Counted from the stretch's first letter, positions 54,306 to 63,092 are shown. The stretch: 64,000 nt of DNA from an uncultured bacterium (GCA_965539975.1 CBETWA010000002.1:24244-88243); one strand, 5' to 3'. Translations and numbers: made by a program. The notes: generated by a model from the sequence alone, not told the origin.

Positions 54306-54345
54306 CCTGGTGCCGGGTGTTGAAATTTGAGTTTGTTGCGATCTT
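54306..54345 (+). repeat. Short intergenic repeat, copy 3 of 3
   Basis: CCTGGTGCCGGGTGTTGAAATTTGAGTTTGTTGCGATCTT lies immediately after the terminator. Confidence 0.55.
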
Positions 54346-54576
54346 GTTACATATTATTCCAATTCATGCGCTTCCCTTTCAGGCAGCGCATTGGTAAGCA
54401 AAGTAATTTAGCAATTTTTCACCGGAATAATTACGTCTCTTTCAGCACTGAAACGGCCAGTAAAACTACAGGGATACCACAAGTGACAACAGACAGCAGC
54501 AACCCGCTTCTGTGTTTACCAGTTTACATGTCCGTGTTAAAATTTGTTGAAAAAGTAACCGGAGCGTGATTCTCAC

Positions 54577-55692
54577 TTGCTTAAAATACTGCATTTTGCG
54601 GATCTCCACCTGGGCGCAGCTTTCAGCCGGTTCGGGAGAAAAGGCGGCAAGCTGCGCGAGGGTTTGAAACACACGCTGGCAAATATCGTTAATACAGCGC
54701 GAAACGAAGGCGTTAACCTGGTAATAATAGCCGGCGACCTTACGGATTCCAACCTGGTGGCCCCGGCAACGGTTGATTTCATTACCAACCAGCTTAAAAA
54801 ACTGGATGTACCGGTTGTGGTACTGCCCGGGACGCACGACTGCCTGGATAAAAGTTCGGTTTACAACAGGCGGGAGTGGGATGGCCTGGGCAACCTGCAT
54901 ATCTTCAAGGAAGAGAGCGGGCAAACTTTTCACTTCCCCTCCCTGTCGCTGGCCGTGCACGGCAAGGCCAACAGATCCAACAAAAGCACCACCGGCCCGC
55001 TGGAGGGGCTGGCACCCGACCCCGGGTACCGGTGGAACATCGCCGTGGCCCACGGCTCACTCCAAATTGAAGGCAAATCGGCGGAGGACGATTTTCCCAT
55101 TACTTTTGACGAGCTGGCCAGTTGTGGCATGGATTACGTTGCACTGGGACACTGGCACGAGTATTTCGAGCACAGAACCGGCAACACAACAGCCTGCTAC
55201 CCCGGCTCGGCAGGCACGCTGAGCTTTACCCGCCCGGACAGCGGGACGGTCAACCTGGTTGAGCTTGCCGGTGGCGGGGTGAACATCAAAAGGCTCCCTG
55301 TTTCGTTCCACAGGTGGCTAAACATGGAGTGCACGCCGGACAAGCTTGAAGAAGTGCTGAATGAAAGCCAGGGACCTCAAATTCTTGCTAGTTTACGGGT
55401 GACAGGAAGCATTGATTATTTCAGGCCGGGTTTACTGGATGAGCTGTACAGCAGGTACAAAGACAACTACTTTTACCTGAACATTGTTCACGACCGGGCC
55501 GGCGCCGGCGGCGACTTCGATATAGACTATGCAGCATACCCGGAAAACACCTTTGCGGGGCAGTTTCTCATGCTGGCCAGGGCCAAAATAGACGCCGCCG
55601 CGAGCCCGGAAGAAAAAACCTTGCTGGAAAAGGCGCTGCAAGAAGGTTACAGGATATTGACCACGGGAGAGGTGAACCGGGTTGTTGATTAA
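54577..55692 (+). CDS. SbcD/Mre11-like metallophosphoesterase (YhaO-like)
   Basis: It has a TTG start. The calcineurin-like motifs are LHFADLHLG, IAGDLTD, LPGTHD and GHWH. Confidence 0.85.
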   Translation: MLKILHFADLHLGAAFSRFGRKGGKLREGLKHTLANIVNTARNEGVNLVIIAGDLTDSNLVAPATVDFITNQLKKLDVPVVVLPGTHDCLDKSSVYNRREWDGLGNLHIFKEESGQTFHFPSLSLAVHGKANRSNKSTTGPLEGLAPDPGYRWNIAVAHGSLQIEGKSAEDDFPITFDELASCGMDYVALGHWHEYFEHRTGNTTACYPGSAGTLSFTRPDSGTVNLVELAGGGVNIKRLPVSFHRWLNMECTPDKLEEVLNESQGPQILASLRVTGSIDYFRPGLLDELYSRYKDNYFYLNIVHDRAGAGGDFDIDYAAYPENTFAGQFLMLARAKIDAAASPEEKTLLEKALQEGYRILTTGEVNRVVD

Positions 55693-58141
55693 AAATATCC
55701 ACGTGAAAAACTTTCGCAACCTCGCCTCGCTAAACCTTGACCTGGGCCCGGGAATTACACTGATCAAGGCAAATAACGAGGGCGGCAAGTCATCCTTGCG
55801 CAAAGCCCTTGGTTACGCCTTTTACGTGGACCCCAAGAGCAGCAGCAGTGCCATTAAAAGCGAAGCCCGCTGGGGACAGGAAAACATGTACGAGATAGCC
55901 GCGGAATTCACCGCCGGGGACCAGGAATACAGGCTGGTAAAGGACTTTGAGACCAAAACTTCCGTGCTGGAAAACCTGTCCGCGGGTAAAAAATTAACCG
56001 GGAAAAAAGCCGTCACCGAAGCCATAACCGGCATTTTGGGCCTGCCCACACCCAACCTGTTGAAAAGTACCGTTTACTTTTCGGCCGAGGAACTGGGTAA
56101 CGTCAAAAATACGGCTGACCTGCGCCGGAGACTGGAAGAAAAGCTGACCGGCGTCGAAGGAGTCAGCGTTACCGACTTGGTTAACAAAATCGACAAATCC
56201 ATTAGTGACTTGCAAAAAGGTTTGTTCAGGCCGGCCAAGGACCCAGGCCCGGTAAAAATATACCAGGACAAACTGCTGGAACTAAAATCCAAGCTACAAG
56301 CCATAAAAGGAGAAGTGGAAAACACCGCTCAAAGCCAGGCAAGGCTTACCGACCTGAACATTGAAATAGAAAGCATCAAAAAATTGCTTGAACTGAAGCT
56401 CAGGGAGAACGAAAAATATGCCGGTTACAAAAAACTGAAGGAACAACTGGACGGGGCCCGAAAAGAACTGGAAAATTTCACGCGCCGTCTTGAGCTACAT
56501 GAAGAACTGACCGTAAAGAAGGAAGAATTATTGCAGGAAGCGCATTCCCTGCAGCGACAAATTGCAGATTACGAGCAAGCACTGGCGGCTGTCAACGAAT
56601 TAATGAGCGCGTTTACTGAAAACCACCGGGCGGACCGGCTGGCCCGGGAACTAAAGGCTAAAAAAACCAAAATTGACGAGGCCACAAAAACACTGGACGA
56701 TGCTGTTAAAGAGCGTGAGCAATGTGTAAATGTCGACCCCGCGGACCTGCAACAAAGCGAAAAACTGGCCACGCAAATCCAGGCCTTAAGCCTGGCCGGC
56801 CGGGAACAGGGATTTAAAATCGAGTTTAAGCCCCTGTCCGACATAGAGCCTGAAATACTGGTGGACGGCCAGACGCTCCGCTGGCAGCCGGGTGAGCCCA
56901 TCGAAGCCAGGGCCGGGGCGGTAATCACCATACCCGGGGTAGCACAGTTCACGGTCAGCAACAAAAATGACAGGGCTGCCGGAAACCTTGCGCGGGAGAG
57001 GGAACTGTCCCGCCAGCTGGCGGCGCTTCACGCCAAATACAACGTTGCCGGGCACGGCGAGCTAAAAGCGCTCCGGGACAAGTGGCTGGCGGCGGACCTT
57101 AAAGTCAGGAACGGCGAAAAAATACTGAGCGCCCTTCTGGAGGGTAAAACTATTCAACATTATAATAGCGAGCTGGACAGGGCGGAAAAACAAGCCGCCG
57201 AGGCCCGGGGAAAAATAGACGCGGCGGCGCCCCGGGCCCGCCAGTGGATTTTAAAACTCGAGCCGGAGCTTTCGTTACCCGCAGACCTGCAACCCATGCT
57301 GCCCGGCAAGCAAGCGGAATACGGGCACAAGCTTGGAGAGCTTAAAAACAAGCACCTGTCGATTAACAACCAGTACCAGCAAGCCATCGGCAAACTGGAA
57401 ACCCTCCCCTCGCGGAACGAGCTGGAAAAGGGCAAAAAAGACGCGGCACTCAAATTGTACGTTGCCGAAACGGCATTTGAAAAATTGAACCTGCCGGAAA
57501 TTTCGGCGGAGCAAATGGTGAGACTGGAAAATGAAATTGAAAACCTGAAAAAACAATTGGAAATAAAAATTAATGAAAAGGCGCGGCTGGAAGCTTCCAT
57601 CAGCGTGGCCAGGTACGGTATCGAGGACATCCTGGAATTGGAGGAATCCATCAGGCATTATGAAGATCTGCATAAAGAAGCCATTGAACGGGTGGAAGTG
57701 CTGAAAAAAGTACGCGACTTTTTTGAAGAGGCCCGGAAAAACACGCTGGCCAGGGTGGCCGGGTCCATTGGAAAACAGGCAGCGGAATATTTCAATGAAC
57801 TTACCGGCGGCCGCTACCCTAACATGGATATCAGCCCGGACGGGCTGGAAATTACAGTTTACTCCCGTGAAAAAGGAGAGCGCCTGGATATAGACAGTGA
57901 AATGTCCACGGGCACCAGGGACCAGCTTTATTTTTCCGTCAGGCTGGCGATGATCCCGGCCGTGGCAGCCGGCAGGAAACCGCCAATTATAATGGACGAC
58001 CCCCTGGTTTATTTCGACCCGGAAAGGAGAGAAAGGGCATTCAATATTCTGAAGAAGCTCGCCAGGGAACACCAGGTTATTATCTTTAGCTGTCACAATT
58101 ATTACGACACCCTGGCCGACAGGTGCCTGGCACTCCCTTAA
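55682..58141 (+). CDS. SbcC/Rad50-like SMC-type ATPase (YhaN-like)
   Basis: It has an N-terminal Walker A (NNEGGKSSL), about 550 aa of coiled coil, a C-terminal signature (MSTGTRDQLYFSVRLA) and Walker B (PIIMDDP). It overlaps the nuclease gene by 11 nt. Confidence 0.8.
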   Translation: MLIKNIHVKNFRNLASLNLDLGPGITLIKANNEGGKSSLRKALGYAFYVDPKSSSSAIKSEARWGQENMYEIAAEFTAGDQEYRLVKDFETKTSVLENLSAGKKLTGKKAVTEAITGILGLPTPNLLKSTVYFSAEELGNVKNTADLRRRLEEKLTGVEGVSVTDLVNKIDKSISDLQKGLFRPAKDPGPVKIYQDKLLELKSKLQAIKGEVENTAQSQARLTDLNIEIESIKKLLELKLRENEKYAGYKKLKEQLDGARKELENFTRRLELHEELTVKKEELLQEAHSLQRQIADYEQALAAVNELMSAFTENHRADRLARELKAKKTKIDEATKTLDDAVKEREQCVNVDPADLQQSEKLATQIQALSLAGREQGFKIEFKPLSDIEPEILVDGQTLRWQPGEPIEARAGAVITIPGVAQFTVSNKNDRAAGNLARERELSRQLAALHAKYNVAGHGELKALRDKWLAADLKVRNGEKILSALLEGKTIQHYNSELDRAEKQAAEARGKIDAAAPRARQWILKLEPELSLPADLQPMLPGKQAEYGHKLGELKNKHLSINNQYQQAIGKLETLPSRNELEKGKKDAALKLYVAETAFEKLNLPEISAEQMVRLENEIENLKKQLEIKINEKARLEASISVARYGIEDILELEESIRHYEDLHKEAIERVEVLKKVRDFFEEARKNTLARVAGSIGKQAAEYFNELTGGRYPNMDISPDGLEITVYSREKGERLDIDSEMSTGTRDQLYFSVRLAMIPAVAAGRKPPIIMDDPLVYFDPERRERAFNILKKLAREHQVIIFSCHNYYDTLADRCLALP

Positions 58142-58190
58142 TTCGACAAAAAACGCTAAAATTTAAAGGCTTCGTGCACTTATTTCTTAA

Positions 58191-58286
58191 TGGAGGGGAG
58201 AAGTCGGAATCGAACCGGACTCCCGCCTGGATCACAGGCAGGCCAACGGGTTTGCAGCCCGCGGGGGGACCATCCCCTTTCTCCCC
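58191..58286 (-). tRNA. tRNA-Sec-like tRNA with Cys anticodon GCA and U73 (8-bp acceptor, long variable arm, encoded CCA)
   Basis: My hand fold of GGGGAGAAAGGGGAUGGUCCCCCCGCGGGCUGCAAACCCGUUGGCCUGCCUGUGAUCCAGGCGGGAGUCCGGUUCGAUUCCGACUUCUCCCCUCCA is detailed in the finding. The T-loop is UUCGAUU. Its own promoter TTGGAA-N18-TAGAAT ends about 8 nt upstream. Confidence 0.8.
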
Positions 58287-58488
58287 ACACTATTCTAGCA
58301 AAACAAATTTTATTGTTCCAATAAAATTATTTTATATAACTCTACTTTCATAGAATAGTTTTTTATTGGTTTTCATAACACTGCGGAACACAAATAGCTA
58401 TTTTCGGGATAAGCGTACATGCCATGGCAAAACAACCTCGCCTACTGGGGGCCAAAATAAATAGCCCGCTCCTTGGCGGAAAAAACAG

Positions 58489-58522
58489 AGAGTTCCCTTG
58501 CCAACCAGGGAACTCTTTTTTT
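58489..58522. terminator. Orphan bidirectional terminator-like hairpin
   Basis: A 9-bp stem (AGAGTTCCC / GGGAACTCT) has T-runs on both strands. No annotated gene ends here. Confidence 0.45.
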
Positions 58523-58688
58523 GGGGTCAGTATGATAGGGCACAAACTTATCCAGCCACTTGCTGAAAGTATAAATAAACTTTTTCTTTAACCCGGTTTT
58601 GATAAAAATATTCTATTAGAATCATATAATGTATTTATTTTATAATTCTGTTGTACATTTAAACTTTAAGAGAGGGGCGATTTTTCAA

Positions 58689-59963
58689 ATGAGTGACTAC
58701 CAGGCAATGTGGCGAGAGCTGGGCTTGAACATGCAAGCCCACGACCAGCTGCTGCAGGCCCTTCCCCCCACTTACCATGATGTTTACCTGACCCAGCCCA
58801 ACAGGCCCCGGGGAATGGAGTATTTTGATTTTGTGGTGAATGAAATTCACGGCCTGAGAATTCAAGAGCTGCAGGAATATAAGAAATCAGGCGGTAAAGT
58901 TATAGGTGCCTTTTGCGTTTTCGTACCGGAAGAAATTGTGCGGGCCGCCGGGGGAATTTTCATCGGCCTGTGTTCCGGCATAGAAATAGGGTCCGCCGAG
59001 GCCGAAAAAGTATTGCCCCGCAACATTTGCCCGCTAATTAAATCATTCATGGGCTTCAAACTGGCCAAAGTATGCCCCTACTTCGAATCGTGCGATATGG
59101 TGGTGGGTGAAACAACCTGCGACGGCAAAAAGAAAGCATTCGAAATTTTAAACGACTACGTGCCGGTGCACGTTATGGAAACCCCGCAAATGAAAAAGGA
59201 GCGGGACCGCGCGCTGTGGCTGGAGGAAGTAAAAGACTTCGCCCGCATGGTGGAAGAATTAACCGGCCAAAACATCACGCCGGAAAACCTGGCCAAAGCC
59301 ATCAGCGAGGTCAACGGGAAGCGACGGGCCCTGCAGCGACTGTCCGAGCTGCGTAAAAACAACCCTGCCCCAATCAGCGGCAAAGACAGCTTGTTAATTG
59401 AACAAATTGCCATGTATGACAACGTACCCAGGTTTACCGCCAAGGTAAACGAGCTGTGTGACGAGCTTGAACAAAGGATTAATAACAACGCTGATTGCGC
59501 CTTTCCGCCCAATACCCCCAGGGTGATCGTGACGGGCACGCCCATGGCTATACCCAACTGGAAAGTACCTCATATTATTGAAACCAGCGGCGCCGTAATC
59601 GTGGCGGAAGAATTGTGCACGGGCCTGCGTTACTTTGAAAACGAAGTGACTGAAGGTGCCGGCGACATGGATACCATGATGAAAAACATAGCCGACAGGT
59701 ACCTGGGAATCAACTGCGCCGTGTTCACCCCCAACACCGGCCGCCTGGAAAAGCTGGTGCAACTGGTGAAGGACTACAAGGCGGACGGGGTAATCCACTG
59801 CACTTTATCCTTCTGCGACCCCTACGCGGTGGAAGCCAACAGGGTGGAGAAGGTGCTGAAAGAAGAAAACATCCCCCTGCTGAAACTGGAAACCGGCTAT
59901 GACCAGGAAGATACTGGACAATTGAAAACCAGGGTGGAAGCATTTATTGAAATGCTCCGCTAA
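58689..59963 (+). CDS. 2-hydroxyacyl-CoA dehydratase / benzoyl-CoA reductase BcrC-family protein, single-subunit type (double-cubane cluster protein-like)
   Basis: HgdB/BcrC-family pattern: GGKVIGAFCVFVPEEI, NICPLIKS, GETTCDGKKK, VTGTPM and HCTLSFCDPY. The start at 58689 is preferred. Confidence 0.8.
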   Translation: MSDYQAMWRELGLNMQAHDQLLQALPPTYHDVYLTQPNRPRGMEYFDFVVNEIHGLRIQELQEYKKSGGKVIGAFCVFVPEEIVRAAGGIFIGLCSGIEIGSAEAEKVLPRNICPLIKSFMGFKLAKVCPYFESCDMVVGETTCDGKKKAFEILNDYVPVHVMETPQMKKERDRALWLEEVKDFARMVEELTGQNITPENLAKAISEVNGKRRALQRLSELRKNNPAPISGKDSLLIEQIAMYDNVPRFTAKVNELCDELEQRINNNADCAFPPNTPRVIVTGTPMAIPNWKVPHIIETSGAVIVAEELCTGLRYFENEVTEGAGDMDTMMKNIADRYLGINCAVFTPNTGRLEKLVQLVKDYKADGVIHCTLSFCDPYAVEANRVEKVLKEENIPLLKLETGYDQEDTGQLKTRVEAFIEMLR

Positions 59964-59976
59964 GGAGTTCACCAAG

Positions 59977-60723
59977 ATGTATGCGGGAATAGACATAGGT
60001 TCCAGAACCATCGGCTTTGTGGGAATAACCGGTGGACAAGTGGAAATCACGGAGCTACTGGACACTGGGTTCGAACCTTTGAAAAAAGCCAAAAAACTGG
60101 TGAGTAACAAGTACAAACGCATAGTAGCCACCGGCTATGGGCGACACGCCGCCAAATCAGATTTCGCCCACGGCGTCATTACGGAGATCAAGGCCCACGC
60201 CCTGGGTGCGAAGCATCTTTTTCCCGAAGCGCGAACTGTACTAGATATCGGTGGCCAGGATACCAAAGTCATCCTGCTGGGAGAAAACGGTTCTGTGGTT
60301 GACTTTCAAATGAACGATCGCTGTTCCGCCGGCACCGGCAAATTTTTGGAGGTTATGGCCAGCGCCCTGGGTTTTGCCGGCGTTAGCGAATTCGGTGCAG
60401 CGGCGTTGCGGGGAAACCACGGTATTAAAATCAGCAACATGTGCACCGTTTTTGCCGAATCCGAAGCAGTATCGCTTATGCACAAAGGGGCCAGGCGGGA
60501 GGATATCGCCCTGGCGCTGCACATGTCGGTGGTGGAAAGGACCGCCGGTATGTTAAAGCGGGTCAATTTCGAGGCTCCCCTGGTGTTTACCGGCGGTGTG
60601 GCCAACAACCGGTGCATCGTAACCCTTCTGGCCGAAAAACTGGGAGTGGAGGTTCTTATACCACCAAACCCGCAACTTGTGGGTGCCCTTGGCGCAGCCC
60701 TTGCAGCATCAAATTCCAACTGA
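59977..60723 (+). CDS. BcrAD/BadFG-family ATPase (dehydratase activase / archerase)
   Basis: It contains MYAGIDIGSRT, GGQDTKVI, NDRCSAGTGKFLEVMA (bridging-cluster Cys) and FTGGVANN. I prefer the ATG at 59977 after AGGAG. Confidence 0.85.
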   Translation: MYAGIDIGSRTIGFVGITGGQVEITELLDTGFEPLKKAKKLVSNKYKRIVATGYGRHAAKSDFAHGVITEIKAHALGAKHLFPEARTVLDIGGQDTKVILLGENGSVVDFQMNDRCSAGTGKFLEVMASALGFAGVSEFGAAALRGNHGIKISNMCTVFAESEAVSLMHKGARREDIALALHMSVVERTAGMLKRVNFEAPLVFTGGVANNRCIVTLLAEKLGVEVLIPPNPQLVGALGAALAASNSN

Positions 60724-60882
60724 GTTAAGCCTAACAAAAAGGTCAACATGATGGATATTTACAAACATGCCCCCGGCAAGTTGAATTGCCGGGGGTTGTT
60801 TATTTTTTGCATGGTAACTGGCAACCTGAATCATATTAAAGATGTTAGCTCAAAACTATTCCCGCCATTTAGGAGGTCCGGC

Positions 60883-62502
60883 ATGACTACACAAGCAAAT
60901 GTCGCTTCAATCCTGCTGGAACAGCTTTCAGCCTGGGGAGTGAAAAACATATACGGCCATATAGGTGACGACGTGTTTTACCTTTTTGACGCCATCGCCC
61001 GGCAAAACAAGATCAATTTTTACCTGGTGCGACACGAGGAAACCGCCGCTTTCATGGCTTCGGCCCATGCCAAGCTTACCGGCGAACCCGGCGTTTGTAT
61101 TGCCGACGGTGGCCCGGGAACACTGCATTTGCTAAACGGGCTTGCGGACGCGTTTATGGACCGGGTTCCCGTTCTGGCCATTACCGGCCAGGTGGCGCGC
61201 AGGGACATAGGAACCGGCGAAAAACAATACTTGGACCAGCAATCACTTTTTCGGCCTATTGCTTCGTATACCACTTTGCTTTGCGACCCGGAGGCAACCA
61301 CCGATGTAATGGGTAAAGCTTTCCGCTGCGCCCTGTCTTCCCGGGGAGTTGCCCACGTAAGCATACCCATGGATGTATTTCCGTTGCCATGCCACGCAAA
61401 AATTAAACCATTCCCTCCATACCTTGAAACCTGCCCGGCATCACCGGCCGAAGTTATCGACAATGCCATAAGGATGATGGAAAAAGCCAACCGCCCGGTT
61501 ATACTGGTGGGCGAAGGAGGGCGCAAGGCGGGCGCAAAACTGGCACAGTTGTCCGCTGCCTGGGGAGCCGCCATTATAAACACCCTGCCGGGCGCAGGAG
61601 CAGTGGACAGTTCCGTACCCCTGTACGTGGGGGGCCTTGGGCACGCCGGAAGCCCTGCAGCCACCCGGGTCCTGGAACAGGCCGACCTGTGCCTGATCAT
61701 AGGAGCCAACTGGTGGCCGGCAAAGCACGTCCCCAGGGATATACCCATCATCCAGGTTTCCAAAAATCCCGCCGACATAGGCGCAACGACGCCGGTACCA
61801 TACGGCGTGGTGGGCGATACCGGGGCGGTAGTTGAATACATACTGGCCAACATGAGAACAAGCCCCAACCAGGAATGGGTTAAAAACGTAAGCCTGGCTA
61901 TCTCCCAGTGGATATCGCAGCTGGAAGCGGAGGCGGGTGTGCAAGGCACCCCGGTTCATCCCGCCGCGGTTATCCGGGCAATTCAACAGGTTATCCCTGA
62001 AGACGCTATAATATGCCTGGACACGGGGGACCACACCGTGTGGTTCGGGCGCCTTTTCCGCCCGGCCAGGCAGCGTGTACTGGTTTCCGGCAAGTGGCGA
62101 TCCATGGGATTCGGGCTCCCGGCCGCCCTGGCGTGTAAAATCGCCATGCCCGGGTCAAAGGTAATGGCGCTGGTGGGTGACGGCGGCCTGGCCATGAACA
62201 TGGCAGATTTTCTCACCGCCGTTAAATACAACATTGACATAACGGTGGTTGTGATGAATAATGGTAGCCTTTCCATGGAGAAGAACAAAATGCTGGCCGG
62301 GGGACTGGTACCCGAAGGAACTTCCCTGCATAACCCGGACTTCGCCGGGTTCGCCGAGTGTTGCGGTGGGCGCGGTTACCGGATACAGCAAACAGATGAA
62401 TTAAAAGATAAACTGCGGGAAGCCTTAAACAACGGGCTCCCTTCCATTGTTGATGTCATCGTATCGGATACCGCCGTGCCCGGCACCACCATGCCACAAT
62501 GA
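60883..62502 (+). CDS. Thiamine-diphosphate-dependent enzyme (pyruvate oxidase / acetolactate synthase family)
   Basis: The N-terminal Pyr domain is ILLEQLSAWGVKNIYGHIGD...HEETAAFMA. The C-terminal TPP motif is GDGGLAMNMADFLTAVKYNIDITVVVMNN. I prefer the ATG at 60883 after AGGAGG. Confidence 0.8.
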   Translation: MTTQANVASILLEQLSAWGVKNIYGHIGDDVFYLFDAIARQNKINFYLVRHEETAAFMASAHAKLTGEPGVCIADGGPGTLHLLNGLADAFMDRVPVLAITGQVARRDIGTGEKQYLDQQSLFRPIASYTTLLCDPEATTDVMGKAFRCALSSRGVAHVSIPMDVFPLPCHAKIKPFPPYLETCPASPAEVIDNAIRMMEKANRPVILVGEGGRKAGAKLAQLSAAWGAAIINTLPGAGAVDSSVPLYVGGLGHAGSPAATRVLEQADLCLIIGANWWPAKHVPRDIPIIQVSKNPADIGATTPVPYGVVGDTGAVVEYILANMRTSPNQEWVKNVSLAISQWISQLEAEAGVQGTPVHPAAVIRAIQQVIPEDAIICLDTGDHTVWFGRLFRPARQRVLVSGKWRSMGFGLPAALACKIAMPGSKVMALVGDGGLAMNMADFLTAVKYNIDITVVVMNNGSLSMEKNKMLAGGLVPEGTSLHNPDFAGFAECCGGRGYRIQQTDELKDKLREALNNGLPSIVDVIVSDTAVPGTTMPQ

Positions 62503-62512
62503 CAAAAATCAT

Positions 62513-63010
62513 TTACCCCTGGGGCTTCCGTATAACCCCGCAAGCCAGCCTTTTACCCGCGTCACCAGCCGGCTGGGTCCTGTAATCGTCGGGATTTTGA
62601 TGAATAATCACCGATTTGCCAATCACTTCGTGGGGCCTAAACCTGTTGGTAAAAAAACATATTTTAGCGTATCCCTGGTTGGAGAACAGTACCGGGAGAT
62701 CACCGGCATGATTGCCATGGGGTTGATTGTTCGGATTCCAGTGTTTGCCCGCAGCCTGAAACGGGTCCTGCGGATCTCCCACCAGGCAATTCCCAAATTC
62801 ATGGATGTGGAATCCGTGCGGTCCAATGGGATCCTCCCCGTTTCCGGCTGGCTGGTAAGGGGGAAGACCCTTCACCTCCGCGCAAACCCAGGTTCCGCCG
62901 GGGGCATTATAAAAGTTTACCACACCGTCAATTTGCGGGCGCAGGGGCCCCCCCTTTACATAAGCAACAGCTTGTGGTTTGCCTTTGATATTAAACCCGA
63001 TGGATTTCAA
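62513..63010 (-). CDS. sodC: Cu/Zn superoxide dismutase-family protein without an obvious signal peptide
   Basis: It contains GFHIHEFGNC, HWNPNNQPHGNHAGDLP, IIHQNPDD and RLACGVI. All Cu/Zn ligand positions I recall are present. Confidence 0.8.
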   Translation of the reverse strand: MKSIGFNIKGKPQAVAYVKGGPLRPQIDGVVNFYNAPGGTWVCAEVKGLPPYQPAGNGEDPIGPHGFHIHEFGNCLVGDPQDPFQAAGKHWNPNNQPHGNHAGDLPVLFSNQGYAKICFFTNRFRPHEVIGKSVIIHQNPDDYRTQPAGDAGKRLACGVIRKPQG

Positions 63011-63057
63011 AATTATTGCACCCCCTAGTCTTTTTGAATTGATACTTGTACTTTAAA

Positions 63058-63092
63058 AGACAACCCCCGGCTTTGGTCCGGGGGCGTTTTAT
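63058..63092. terminator. GC hairpin with T-rich flanks on both strands, between copy R5 and sodC
   Basis: The hairpin CCCCCGG-CTTTGGT-CCGGGGG is followed by CGTTTTAT on the plus strand and TTGTCTTTT on the minus strand. Confidence 0.5.

Noticed and set aside
58191-58286. Calling the unusual tRNA a genuine selenocysteine tRNA (selC).
   Set aside because: The anticodon loop is CUGCAAA (GCA), not CUUCAAA (UCA), and the discriminator is U rather than G. No selA, selB or selD genes, and no obvious in-frame-TGA genes, are visible in this window. It is therefore reported as Sec-like in shape but Cys in identity.
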